Of a stretch of DNA of 64,000 bases, positions 9,216 to 18,519 are shown piece after piece. The DNA comes from a virus. Each line of letters opens with the position of its first letter. The first letter of the stretch is position 1. The DNA is taken from IMG/VR virus record IMGVR_UViG_3300045988_096784; one strand, 5' to 3'. The position numbers and the translations under genes were made by a program. A model generated the notes under the pieces. It saw only the letters and a list, made by a program, of their open reading frames with translations. It was not told the DNA's origin and did no database searches.

Positions 9216-9752
9216 TTATACCTTCAATCTCTTGTTAAGTTCAGCAATTAGCTCCTCATTAGTAAAGTCACTAAGAGACTTCTCATTTTTATCAAGAATG
9301 AAAGCCGGCGCGAGCCCGTTGCTGTAGTTGCAGCCGTAGTAGCTCGCAGATCCATCGCTGTTGACATAGCAAACGCTGTTCGAGGCCCAATTATCTTTCT
9401 CAGGAGATCCCCAAGGGGTAACAAGCCAGAACCAATTCTTGATATGAGGAGTTAGAATATGATTATACTTGCGATATTCGTCGAAGGTAAGGGGTGCAAC
9501 AGCGGTATTTAGTGAACCATATCCTTTATATCCATCCATTGCAGTCAGGTCGACATCGCGCGGAATAGCCTTAATGCCAGTTTTCTTAAGCCAAGCCTCA
9601 GCGCCCTTCCGCAATGTACTCTCTTTATAGTTATTAGAATTTCCAAAGACAAAATCAATTCCTACTTCAAGTGCAATTACGAAGGGGTTACCATCAATTT
9701 CGTCAAGAACAAGGCACTTTACTCCATTTACAGTAATAGTCTCACCAATCAT
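9216..9752 (-). CDS. hypothetical protein (about 178 aa)
   Basis: ORF; start moved to internal ATG preceded by AAGGAAGAG to remove overlap with the upstream gene. Confidence 0.5.
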   Translation of the reverse strand: MIGETITVNGVKCLVLDEIDGNPFVIALEVGIDFVFGNSNNYKESTLRKGAEAWLKKTGIKAIPRDVDLTAMDGYKGYGSLNTAVAPLTFDEYRKYNHILTPHIKNWFWLVTPWGSPEKDNWASNSVCYVNSDGSASYYGCNYSNGLAPAFILDKNEKSLSDFTNEELIAELNKRLKV

Positions 9753-9768
9753 ATTTCTCTTCCTTTCT

Positions 9769-9960
9769 TTAATTAGAATACTCTTCAACCATTTGAGAAA
9801 GCATATCAATTTCATCATCTGTTATGTTATCAAAAAAGATGCCGTATTTTGCGCAGATTTGAACTTGCTGAGATGGATCATTCATAGCCCATGGCTTTGA
9901 AGCTAATTCTCGAGCGGCCAGTTCAAAAGCGCCAGTGTATGCGAGAAATGACATATCCAT
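9769..9960 (-). CDS. hypothetical protein (63 aa)
   Basis: ORF. Confidence 0.45.
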   Translation of the reverse strand: MDMSFLAYTGAFELAARELASKPWAMNDPSQQVQICAKYGIFFDNITDDEIDMLSQMVEEYSN

Positions 9961-9963
9961 ATT

Positions 9964-10398
9964 TTACACCTCCTCTACAGAATCAAATTCATGAATTAAG
10001 ATTGCTCCATCGCTGATTTTTTCTGCGCAAACAATGTGTTTAATTTCATATTTATTTTCATTAGGACAATAAACAATGTGTCCACTTTTTAGCAAGGAAA
10101 GAAAGTCACTTTGATAGTAAGTACGACCTCCGAACTCGTTGCAAATTTTAAGGCGAATTTTATATCCTTCATCAACAGAATAGAGATCTCTTACATTATT
10201 ATCTACTTCGCATAACCGCCAAGTTGGGTCTCCATTATTAATGCTGACTCCAAGAACCGGAATAGGACTATAAGTTTCTTGAATAGCGAAAAATTTAGCT
10301 CTTTTGAGTTGGTCTGTATCAGAAAAGCCGAGGAACTCGCAGATTCTTACAGTGGAGTTCTTATATCCTTCTGATTTAATCAGTTCACTAATCTTCAT
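9964..10398 (-). CDS. hypothetical protein (144 aa)
   Basis: ORF with class-A promoter 10421-10460. Confidence 0.5.
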   Translation of the reverse strand: MKISELIKSEGYKNSTVRICEFLGFSDTDQLKRAKFFAIQETYSPIPVLGVSINNGDPTWRLCEVDNNVRDLYSVDEGYKIRLKICNEFGGRTYYQSDFLSLLKSGHIVYCPNENKYEIKHIVCAEKISDGAILIHEFDSVEEV

Positions 10399-10458
10399 AA
10401 CTTTTACTTCCTTTCCTTAACTTTCTATATATATTATATAATAATTTTATAAAAAAAT

Positions 10459-10484
10459 AAAGACGCTCTTTTAAGAGCGTCTTT
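10459..10484 (-). terminator. rho-independent terminator hairpin aaagacgctctt/aagagcgtcttt
   Basis: 12-bp perfect stem followed by a T run in the minus orientation, directly after the stop of 10488-10994. Confidence 0.6.
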
Positions 10485-10487
10485 ATT

Positions 10488-10994
10488 TTACTCAAGGTCG
10501 ATTACATAATTCTCTTGGATAAATGAATCTTCTGGAATATAGATGGTATACTCGGTAGACCAGGGTCCAAGCAAGAAATTCAAAACTGGGTTTTTAAAAC
10601 GGATTTTGTTTTCTTCTATGTATGGGGCATCATCTGTATTCTTAATATAGGACTGATCTGCCTCAATAGATTTGGCGGTTATACCTTTATCTGTTTGATA
10701 CAGGAATGAGTAATAGAGCCCATCTTCTGTATAATAACGGCCTACGTAAGAACTAAAATTATCACTCAAAGCAGTAATAGAATATGTTTGAGTGGTTTTT
10801 GCAGAATAAGTTGCAGGTTCAACAAAAATAACAATACCACAAATTATAATCGCAAATAAGAAAGCGATAAATGCTGAAAGTACAACTCCGAGAATTGTAG
10901 AGAATAGATATTCTGCAAAAGAGTCACAGTCTTTATATAATACTATAAGAGATGTAACCATGAGTAATATAAAGAATCCAATAGCTAATGGCAT
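10488..10994 (-). CDS. membrane protein (two N-terminal hydrophobic helices)
   Basis: ORF; N-terminal 60 aa strongly hydrophobic. Confidence 0.55.
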   Translation of the reverse strand: MPLAIGFFILLMVTSLIVLYKDCDSFAEYLFSTILGVVLSAFIAFLFAIIICGIVIFVEPATYSAKTTQTYSITALSDNFSSYVGRYYTEDGLYYSFLYQTDKGITAKSIEADQSYIKNTDDAPYIEENKIRFKNPVLNFLLGPWSTEYTIYIPEDSFIQENYVIDLE

Positions 10995-11298
10995 AAGTAA
11001 AACCTCTTTTCTTATTTATATAAATATATTACCATATTTTATTAAGATACGCAAGTAAATCTTATGGATTATAACGAACCGTCATAATTTCTCACTGACG
11101 CGGGAATTTTTTAGGCAGAGAAATTGGCAATCCCGCGGTAATTTTAATAAAATGGTCATAGAGGTATTTTTGTCCAAAATTTTCTAATGTATTGATTGTT
11201 CTATTGTTTATAATTTTAGAAAAAAGTTTAACAAATTTTAGGACAAAACCAGAAAATTATGTTATAATAAAAGTAAAGAATAGTAGAGAGGTGATTTT

Positions 11299-11442
11299 AT
11301 GAATTATTCCACTGTTTCTGTTAGATTAACAGAGGAAGAGAAGAAAGATTTGGAAGTCTTTGCTAAGAGTTGTGATTTAACAATGTCTTAGGTAATTAGA
11401 AAGGCTGTTAAAGAATATATTGAGAAAAATAAAATAGACTAA
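11299..11442 (+). CDS. ribbon-helix-helix (CopG/Arc-like) DNA-binding protein, one in-frame TAG
   Basis: MNYSTVSVRLTEEEKKDLEVFAKSCDLTMS-TAG-VIRKAVKEYIEKNKID; GAGGTGA ribosome-binding site; ends TAA. Confidence 0.6.
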
Positions 11443-11457
11443 AGGAGATTAAACTAA

Positions 11458-11679
11458 ATGACTAATGATACTTATAAAGTTTTTACGGTAAAGTTAGCAC
11501 GCAAACTCTGTGATCTTGGTTTTATTATTGTTGGAACTGTTCCTAATGTTTAGAAACCTTGGTTAAATGTTTATCTTTTTGAAGATAGTTAGGATTTAAG
11601 GGATGCAGTTTAGAAGTATAAAGGGATAAGTTCGCTATTGGAGGATGATTGCCATGGCAGACAAAAGAAGAAGTCCTAA
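11458..11679 (+). CDS. hypothetical protein (73 aa) with 3 in-frame TAG
   Basis: AAAGGAG ribosome-binding site, ATG, frame open through 3 TAG to TAA. Confidence 0.45.
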
Positions 11680-12043
11680 TTAGCGAACTATTAATCATAT
11701 TCATAAGGAACCATGTGATACTAATAATATATATGCTAGGATTAATAAGGAAGCGTTATTTGCGGCCCGTAGAGAGTTGACAGATGGAGAGTTCTCTTTG
11801 TGGATATTTTTTGCTAGTCAATCTGAGAGGTTAACTGATTATGATTTTGGGCCTACTATTATAGAAAAAGAGCTTGGTATAAAGAGAGCGAAATATACAA
11901 GTGCAGTAGATGGATTGGTAAAAAAGGGATATTTAGTTCCAGTTGAGAGAAAAGGATATTACGATTTTTACGAGATTCCTATTGATAGTGACGACGATAA
12001 ATATAATTATATAGCTCCAGACGGAGAGAAATTTTCTTTTTAA
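11654..12043 (+). CDS. putative iteron-binding replication initiator (winged-helix-like), one in-frame TAG
   Basis: GGAGGA ribosome-binding site, ATG; C-terminal AKYTSAVDGLVKKGYLV helix-turn-wing motif; immediately followed by iteron array. Confidence 0.5.
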
Positions 12044-12380
12044 TCGTATTTCTGCAATACTATGAAAAATTTCATGTATTTCTGAGAATACTATGATTTC
12101 ATCATATTGTGAAAAAGCTATGAAATTTTCATGTATTTGTTGGAAAGCGATGAAATTGTTTTCATAGTATTATCAGAATACTATGAAATTAATTGAAAAG
12201 GATTTTCATAGCTTTTTCACAATACCATGTCATAGTATTCTGACAATACCATGAAAGTAAATAAAAATCCATTTCATGGTATTCTGACAATACAACAAAT
12301 ATAACATATATTAGATAACAGAGTTAAGATAACAGTCGCGACTTTTTCATGTATTTGTGAAAAAGCGATGAGTAGGAGGA
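12040..12380. repeat. iteron or origin-like array: 6 or more imperfect palindromic copies of TTTCATGTATT...GAATACTATGAAA
   Basis: Direct and inverted copies (tttcatgtatttctgagaatactatga, tttcatagtattatcagaatactatgaaa, tcatagtattctgacaataccatgaaa and others) read directly from the sequence. Confidence 0.65.
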
Positions 12381-12387
12381 TTAAGGC

Positions 12388-12564
12388 ATGGAAGTATTTA
12401 AACCGATTAAGGTAGAAAATTATCAATTCATGAAGAATGGATTAAATTAGTATGAACCAGTATTAGTTTACTTTAAAGATGATGAAGAAGAAGGCAAGGT
12501 ATATTTTGTAATCTTATGGGGGAGAATAGAGGAGATTAATATGGCTATGAAGTAGCCATATTAA
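12388..12564 (+). CDS. hypothetical protein (58 aa) with 2 in-frame TAG
   Basis: AGGAGGA ribosome-binding site, ATG, ends TAA. Confidence 0.4.
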
Positions 12565-12609
12565 GGAAGGTTTTAGAAATTTCGATTTAAAAAATCCTAA
12601 GAAGAAGGG

Positions 12610-12720
12610 ATTTAGAATTTCAAATTAAAAAAATAGGAGATAAGAGAGAGAATAAGGATATAGGAAGAGAGAGATAGAGAGATGGATAGAGAAAGAAATA
12701 ATAATAGAGTTTTAGTAAGA
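12610..12720. repeat. polypurine (GA-rich) low-complexity tract
   Basis: ggagataagagagagaataaggatataggaagagagagatagagagatggatagagaaagaaataataatag. Confidence 0.5.
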
Positions 12721-12852
12721 ATAATAGAAAAAAAATAATAGAAATTGATAAAATAGGGAAGAGAGGTGCCGATCGGGTCTAGGTACAACCATCACAACAC
12801 TCGTCACAATGATCGTAAACCTAGCCTTCCGCGATTATAATATATATAAAAA

Positions 12853-12885
12853 GGAGAGAAGCTACAACACTTCTCTCCTTTAATC
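12853..12885. terminator. bidirectional terminator hairpin ggagagaag/cttctctcc
   Basis: 9-bp perfect stem, 8-nt loop, between convergent plus-island and minus gene 12904-13347. Confidence 0.55.
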
Positions 12886-12903
12886 TTTTTCCTCTTGTTT
12901 ATC

Positions 12904-13347
12904 TTACTTCAAATGTCTCAAAAACTCCATGATATTGCCCTCATCAGTCTTAGCCTTATTCATACTACCTGCAAGAGCATCAGAAATAGAATCAACAGCA
13001 ATGTCAATTACTTCATCAAGACTCTCTGCATTAACAACCTTAGCGGAAGTCTTAGCAGTTACAGTCATAGCCTGCATAAACTGCTCAATATCCTTAGCTG
13101 TCCACTTAGGATTGCTCTTGCTATAAACCAACGCAGCCACACGGCCAACGTCATCCTCAGTAAGAGACAAGTCATCAACATTTTCATAGAAAGTAGACTC
13201 AATCTCATCCAGAAGAATATCTCGCTCACGGTCTGCGGCGTTAGCCTCGGAGATTCTATTCATAGCATCGGTAAATGCCTTTGCAATCTCCTCCTGAGTA
13301 GAACCATTCTGCATTGCATCACGAATCATAATCTCATAACTATTCAT
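12904..13347 (-). CDS. hypothetical acidic protein (147 aa)
   Basis: ORF with class-A promoter 13405-13450. Confidence 0.5.
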   Translation of the reverse strand: MNSYEIMIRDAMQNGSTQEEIAKAFTDAMNRISEANAADRERDILLDEIESTFYENVDDLSLTEDDVGRVAALVYSKSNPKWTAKDIEQFMQAMTVTAKTSAKVVNAESLDEVIDIAVDSISDALAGSMNKAKTDEGNIMEFLRHLK

Positions 13348-13453
13348 AATAAGTTCTTTTAGTTAGAAAAAGCGTTATGATGCTTCTTAACTAAAATCCT
13401 CCTTTTCTTTATCTTATATATATATTATATTATATTTTTTATATATTGTCGAA

Positions 13454-14110
13454 CCGATCGGGTCTAGATAAAAAGATCGCTTTAACGGAATCCCGCGGAA
13501 AAGATTTTTACTTTTTAAATTGTTAGCAACATCTTTGCTATTGTTTGCTGTATCTTTAATAGTTTTAATTCTGTGAATATCAAGAAATTTTGAGAAAAAC
13601 GAGGCATTTTTTGCTTATTTTTAAGTAAATTTGTTAGAAAAACGCGTATTTTTGCAAGATTTTAGAGGTTTTTCGTTATATTTTGCGATAACAAGAGGTA
13701 AAAGATCGCGGGCCGATCGGTTTATCTAGCTAAAATCTCTATTTTTGAGCTATTTTTATCATAAAATCGTGTTAAACCGATCGGTTCCGCGAAAGAAATC
13801 TCTGGTCGTATTTGTTTTTCATAGCTATATCTTTGCTATTGCTAGTTGTATCTTAGAAAGTTTTGGTACTGTGAATACTTGACAATTTTAAGATTTTTAT
13901 TATAAAAAATTGGACGAGAGAGCCAATATCGCTGGACCGATCGGAACTGGATAAAGGAAGAAGTAAAGTAGGGCCGATCGGTGTTTGGAAGAGGGCGTTA
14001 TGAATTTTGGGAAAATTGCTATGAAGTTGCGTTATGGCCAAGTTGCTATGAAAATTTTGCGCTATGGTCCGATCGGGGAAATTCGGGCCGAGTCGCCCGC
14101 GACCGGCCCG
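13454..14110. repeat. gene-free repeat zone: about 7 copies of palindrome CCGATCGG (one more at 12769), 14-bp repeat ccgatcgggtctag, two about 70-bp direct repeats and tandem 30-bp units
   Basis: CCGATCGG at 13454, 13712, 13776, 13936, 13974, 14069. Direct repeats 13521-13595 and 13826-13897. Tandem ttgctatgaa...gcgctatgg units 14015-14070. Confidence 0.65.
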
Positions 14111-14132
14111 TCGAGTTTAGAAAATATAAAAT

Positions 14133-14160
14133 AAAAAGAGAGGCCGAAGCCTCTCTTTTC
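14133..14160 (-). terminator. rho-independent terminator agagaggc-ttcg-gcctctct
   Basis: GC stem plus T run in minus orientation just after stop of 14161-14412. Confidence 0.55.
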
Positions 14161-14412
14161 TTAATCCTCGTTTTCTAAATTGATTTCTCCTATACAGTTA
14201 CACCGTATCGGAGATTCAAGAACAAATTCATCTCCATATCCAACGATAGTTATTTCTCCATACTTTTTACAATACTCGTCTATCTTTTCGATTATACTAT
14301 TCCAATCTTTCTCTTGCGCTTTTTGTTTTCTAAGTGCCACTTCTTTATAGGCGGTAGCACTCAACCATTGCAACTCCTCGTCATTCAGTTTGTTGAAATC
14401 AATATCAACCAT
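14161..14412 (-). CDS. hypothetical protein (83 aa)
   Basis: ORF. Confidence 0.5.
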   Translation of the reverse strand: MVDIDFNKLNDEELQWLSATAYKEVALRKQKAQEKDWNSIIEKIDEYCKKYGEITIVGYGDEFVLESPIRCNCIGEINLENED

Positions 14413-14429
14413 CTAAAAATCTCCTTTCT

Positions 14430-14918
14430 TTAATGAAAAATCTCAGCCGGAATTTCACTAAAAACTTGCTTAAATTGCTCCATAGTCAGTTCTCTTGCCG
14501 CTCTCTCGACCCTTTCTTTTGCCCAGTCGCAAACCATTTCACAAGAAATAAATTTAATTTCATACCCGGTAATGGCGTAGATTTTAGGCGACCACTCAAA
14601 TCTTTTTGTATCAGCCATATTTCCAGTTAAAATCATATATTCGCCGGTGGCTTGATTTTCTTCTGACTGTTCAACCCAACATTGAACTATATTTTCAACA
14701 TAGTTTTTCCCCGTTTTAACCGCTTCTTTTTCGGTTCGAGCATTGATTAAAAAGGTAGAAAGCATAATATCATCACGAAATGATACCGTAAATTTATAAG
14801 GCTTCTTAGAGAAGATACCCTTGCGACCTTCACACCAAAAGGTAACTTGAAAATTAACACGAAATTGTTTCAGACTTTCCATTTCTTTTATCTCCTTTCC
14901 ATGGTTAAATGATACCAC
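14430..14918 (-). CDS. hypothetical protein (162 aa)
   Basis: ORF; class-B promoter TTGACT-17-TGgTATCAT immediately upstream. Confidence 0.55.
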   Translation of the reverse strand: MVSFNHGKEIKEMESLKQFRVNFQVTFWCEGRKGIFSKKPYKFTVSFRDDIMLSTFLINARTEKEAVKTGKNYVENIVQCWVEQSEENQATGEYMILTGNMADTKRFEWSPKIYAITGYEIKFISCEMVCDWAKERVERAARELTMEQFKQVFSEIPAEIFH

Positions 14919-14946
14919 ATTTTTGGGAGAAAGTCAAGCTGTCAAG

Positions 14947-14977
14947 TTGCACAAATTTTCAATTCAAAATTGTTGAA
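14947..14977. promoter_or_regulatory. inverted-repeat site TTGCACAA-N15-TTGTTGAA upstream of -35
   Basis: Member of the TTGCACAA/TTGTGCAA family. Others at 16696-16773 (4 half-sites), 18168-18199, 19053-19084, 20705-20736, 22147-22178, 23838-23878. Confidence 0.55.
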
Positions 14978-14998
14978 AATGACAATAGAAGAAAAAAT

Positions 14999-15025
14999 CG
15001 GACCGCGGCGCACGCAAGCGGTCCG
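14999..15025. other. GC-rich hairpin cggaccgc-GGCGCACGCaa-gcggtccg (REP-like family)
   Basis: Related hairpins with GGCGCACGC-type loops at 22200-22226 and 19105-19134; further GC hairpins at 16795-16830, 18223-18250, 20760-20790. Confidence 0.5.
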
Positions 15026-15041
15026 CCCAAAATTTTGCGTA

Positions 15042-15071
15042 AAAAAATCTCCCCCATAAGGGGAGATTTTT
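15042..15071 (-). terminator. rho-independent terminator aaatctcccc-ataa-ggggagattt plus T run
   Basis: Directly after stop of 15074-15424. Confidence 0.6.
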
Positions 15072-15073
15072 CT

Positions 15074-15424
15074 TTAATTGAGAATTATCGGGTATGCCTT
15101 GCGAATAACCACCGTAACCATGGCCGGGGGAGTGTCGCACAAGAAACGGTCATTTCTGATAAAACGACCAATTCCCATACTCTGCCACAAAGTTCGGTTT
15201 ACATCCTCGTATCGTAGGGTATTATACTTGGAAAGTTTGATATGCCAATCATAGATAAAGGAACCATCTTCCGGCATGGTATAATCTAGCGCCCGCTTAT
15301 AATTTCTCGTATGTTCTGCGGCTCTGCGCTCAAGGTCATTTGTCGTACCAATCTTGAGAATATAGCGCCCCTTTTTGTCGATATAATGTCCGACATATAG
15401 GAACTCTTTTCCCCTTGTCTGCAA
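15074..15424 (-). CDS. GIY-YIG domain protein (free-standing nuclease-like)
   Basis: EFLYVGHYIDKKGRYILKIGTTNDLERRAAEHTRNY matches GIY-x10-YIG...R...E arrangement. Confidence 0.55.
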   Translation of the reverse strand: MQTRGKEFLYVGHYIDKKGRYILKIGTTNDLERRAAEHTRNYKRALDYTMPEDGSFIYDWHIKLSKYNTLRYEDVNRTLWQSMGIGRFIRNDRFLCDTPPAMVTVVIRKAYPIILN

Positions 15425-15480
15425 ACTAACTATAACTTGCCTCTTTTCTGGTAGGGCCGGGGTAGGCCGACCCTACCCCG

Positions 15481-15798
15481 TTATTTCTTCGGCTTACGCT
15501 TTTGCACAAGCGTCAACTCGAAACTATCCCCACCAATAGAAAACGCAATCTGTCTTTCCTTATTAGTAATAGACAAATCAGCGATAGAGAATTGACTGTT
15601 TTTTTCCAAAAACTCTGCCAATTCCGCGATTATACCGCCTTTCGTGGCGTTTGGCTTGCGTTGCCGTGTAGTGAACTTATATGCGGTTGGCTGTTTGCGC
15701 GTTCCAGCATGGGCAAACTTTTGAGCGATTTTCGCCTTTTCTGGCGGTAAATCGTATTCAGTCTTTTTATCAGCCTCTACCGCTTTATCATAGGCCAA
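15481..15798 (-). CDS. hypothetical basic protein (105 aa)
   Basis: ORF. Confidence 0.5.
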   Translation of the reverse strand: MAYDKAVEADKKTEYDLPPEKAKIAQKFAHAGTRKQPTAYKFTTRQRKPNATKGGIIAELAEFLEKNSQFSIADLSITNKERQIAFSIGGDSFELTLVQKRKPKK

Positions 15799-15936
15799 TA
15801 AATCTGCCTCCTCTTCCGGCGTTAATTGTAGGGCTTTATACCTTGCAATCCGTTCAGCGTCACTAATACGACTGGATATAATATCACCCCCATATTATAA
15901 GTTAGGGCGGGGATTTTCACCCCGCCCTATACGGGG

Positions 15937-16347
15937 TTACGCCATCTTAAAAAGGGACTTGCCCTTCTTTTCCGTGCAGACCACTCGACCATCGAGTTTC
16001 AACTGCCGCACAAGGGCGGCGACCTTCTGGTTAGAATAGGCCGTCAGATCAGGAATAGCCTTAAAAATTTCCGTGCAAGTCACGCCATCGGTATCGGCAT
16101 CCAGATCAGCCAGATACTCCATAATCTGCTCCTTAAAATTCTCGTTCTCCTGTTGGGTGGGAGTCAGCTTCTTGTCACCGCTAGAGCTATTCTTCTTACG
16201 CAGAAGCTCCAGCTCATGGTCAATGACAGTAATAGCCACCTCGATGGTAGTGCCATACTTTACCTCGCCGTCAGTCAAGAGGGTCTTAATGTCTTCAAAA
16301 CGCTGGGCCTTAGTAATGCGGATTTTCTTCTCGTCCATAATATACAT
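15937..16347 (-). CDS. hypothetical protein (136 aa)
   Basis: ORF; promoter TTGACA-17-TGgTACAAT in minus orientation at about 16395-16425. Confidence 0.55.
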   Translation of the reverse strand: MYIMDEKKIRITKAQRFEDIKTLLTDGEVKYGTTIEVAITVIDHELELLRKKNSSSGDKKLTPTQQENENFKEQIMEYLADLDADTDGVTCTEIFKAIPDLTAYSNQKVAALVRQLKLDGRVVCTEKKGKSLFKMA

Positions 16348-16439
16348 CCTTTCTGGTTTTTAGGACTGTCCTTGTCCTTTGATTATATTGTACCACACTA
16401 TTTGGTACTTGTCAAGAGGTTTTTCAAACTTTTTTCAAG

Positions 16440-16640
16440 AACTTTTGCCCTTTACTTGTTTGCCCTCTCAACCTCCCTTATAGTGTAACACACTTTGGAA
16501 AGTTTGTCAAGCCCTTTTTATTTAATTTTCAAGGTACATTGCCTTGTTTTCTGTACTTATTATAGCACATCTTCAAAGGCTTGTCAAGAGGTTTTTAAAA
16601 GATTTTTGAGAAATTCGCTGTCACTGTCTGCCGTTCGTCT
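16440..16640 (-). promoter_or_regulatory. two additional tandem consensus promoters without a downstream ORF
   Basis: Minus orientation: TTGACAagcctttgaagatgtgcTATAAT and TTGACAaactttccaaagtgtgtTACACT; no coding frame of any size before the next promoter. Confidence 0.45.
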
Positions 16641-16837
16641 CTCTCACTTTCTGAATGTATTTTACCACAAGCAAAAGCAGATTGCAAGCGTCAAATTGCA
16701 CAAAAAATCGGAATTTTGGGAGAGAGTTTTTGTGCAAAATTCTGCACAAAAACGGGACGAAATTTTTGTGCAACATTACCATTGAAAAATTCGGCCCGCG
16801 TCAGCCATCCGCGGGCCGTCGACCTTTTAGATATAAA

Positions 16838-16862
16838 AAAAAATAAGAGGGCTGTAAAGCCC
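16838..16862 (-). terminator. rho-independent terminator aagagggc-tttaca-gccctctt plus T9
   Basis: Perfect stem followed by 9 T in minus orientation after stop of 16865-17050. Confidence 0.65.
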
Positions 16863-16864
16863 TC

Positions 16865-17050
16865 TTAAATATCAATCATATAACTATAAACCATATCCCA
16901 AAGCGGCATATCATTCAGAAGGATATTTACAGTCAAAAGTCCGGTTTCTGTCGGCCCATCAACAAACCATCCCAGCCGCTGCATAAGGTGAATAACCTCA
17001 TAGACATAATCGGGGTCAAGATGGTTAGTGGTAAACTGTCTTGAAAACAT
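16865..17050 (-). CDS. hypothetical protein (61 aa)
   Basis: ORF with AAAGGAAAAG ribosome-binding site. Confidence 0.45.
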   Translation of the reverse strand: MFSRQFTTNHLDPDYVYEVIHLMQRLGWFVDGPTETGLLTVNILLNDMPLWDMVYSYMIDI

Positions 17051-17077
17051 TTCTTTTCCTTTCTATCGGGCGGGGCT

Positions 17078-17902
17078 TTAAGCCCCTACCCGAATTGTCG
17101 GATTATTTTTCAAACTTGCGGAAAGTTGACGCTGAAAATCTGTCATAGGCGGAAACTCTCTTTTATTCTCATACAGGGCCTTTCTCATGGGCTTATGCTG
17201 ACGCATACAATACCACATGATTTCCGCCTCAATCAGAACATCCTCAAGCCCCGTATGACTTTCTTCAAAATCGGTATTGCCAGAGATAAACCGCCACACG
17301 ATTTCCGCAGTCTTGCGGGGGACACCATTAGCCTGGACATATCCGTTTTCCTGACAGAATTTCTTATAAGTGGGCATATTGCAGATAACATCCTGTGTCA
17401 TCTTCATAATATCCCAAATCTCCACGCTGTCAAACGGGAACCAATAACGCCACTTGGAGTAGGTCACATAACGCTGTGTAACTCTCAAGGCATTATCGTC
17501 AAATCTGGCATTATAAGCCGCAACTTCCTTAATGCCGTATCGCTCAATGGTATTGAGCATAGCTTGGCGGATTTCATAAGTGGTAGCCATTTTACGAGTG
17601 CCGGCCCGCAGTTCCTCAATATAGCGGGGAATTTTCCAATTATAATAAGCAGTCCGCATGAGATCCCGCTCGTCATTGAAAATGTCCCGATTTACAAAAC
17701 TTGCAGTTTCGTAAATATTGCCCTTGGTATCTACCACGGCCCAGCCGCAGTCATATACCAATACATTTGACATATCCATACGGACACGCTCGGGGGTGAT
17801 AATCTCCCCATCTTCCCCGATTTCAGCGGGAACGGTTTCGGTTAAAGTGTTGGCGGTTTCAGTGTCAACCACCAGCACATAATGTCTACGCTTATCAATC
17901 AT
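17078..17902 (-). CDS. DnaQ-like 3'-5' exonuclease (DEDDh family)
   Basis: Exo I motif VLVVDTETAN and Exo III motif HTGLEDVLIEAE; perfect promoter TTGACA-17-TGcTATAAT in minus orientation at 17945-17975. Confidence 0.65.
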   Translation of the reverse strand: MIDKRRHYVLVVDTETANTLTETVPAEIGEDGEIITPERVRMDMSNVLVYDCGWAVVDTKGNIYETASFVNRDIFNDERDLMRTAYYNWKIPRYIEELRAGTRKMATTYEIRQAMLNTIERYGIKEVAAYNARFDDNALRVTQRYVTYSKWRYWFPFDSVEIWDIMKMTQDVICNMPTYKKFCQENGYVQANGVPRKTAEIVWRFISGNTDFEESHTGLEDVLIEAEIMWYCMRQHKPMRKALYENKREFPPMTDFQRQLSASLKNNPTIRVGA

Positions 17903-18290
17903 AATCTATCAAGTCCTTTCTTCTCTTCATGGTATTATTATAGCACAATTAAGGCTTGGTGTCAAGAGGAAAAGGAAATTTCGTTGCGATTTATTGCAAG
18001 CTACTGGACGATGGAACGGCCTATTCCAAAGGCGCTCACTCGACTTACGACACAATATAAATTTACTTCCTTTACTTTCTAAGAGTTCGCGACCTCTTGA
18101 TTTCTTGGCCTTCCCCTCTTGACAAATATATAATACCATACTTTCGGGATAATTACAAGATGGCAAATTGCACAAAATTTGCAAGCCAAAATTGTGCAAC
18201 ATCGACAAAAACAAAAACTCGGCTAGCCGCGTGCGCCAGCGAGCCGCCCAAACGATATTAAAGAGTAAAAATAAGAGGGCCGAAGCTCTC

Positions 18291-18479
18291 TTAATATCCA
18301 AGATATTCTTTATTGATAATCTCGTCAAGCCAATAGCTCAAATCTTCAAGCGAAATATCGTCATCAATTTCATGGTCGGCCATAACCTGATCAATTTGAC
18401 CAATGAGAATGAACGCATTTTTCAATACTTGTCGCTCTTCCTCGCTGAGGATAAGCCTATTAACCTTTCTAATCTTCAT
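18291..18479 (-). CDS. hypothetical protein (62 aa)
   Basis: ORF followed by terminator aagagggccgaagctctctt 18275-18294. Confidence 0.45.
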   Translation of the reverse strand: MKIRKVNRLILSEEERQVLKNAFILIGQIDQVMADHEIDDDISLEDLSYWLDEIINKEYLGY

Positions 18480-18519
18480 TTACAAAACTTCCTTTCTTAT
18501 TTTAAGATTGACTGGTGGA

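Noticed and set aside
17126-17770. 214-aa plus-strand ORF
   Set aside because: Antisense to the well-supported DnaQ-like exonuclease gene; no promoter or ribosome-binding site
17927-18328. 133-aa minus ORF
   Set aside because: Spans terminator, GC hairpin, operator and promoter elements; composition unlike neighbours
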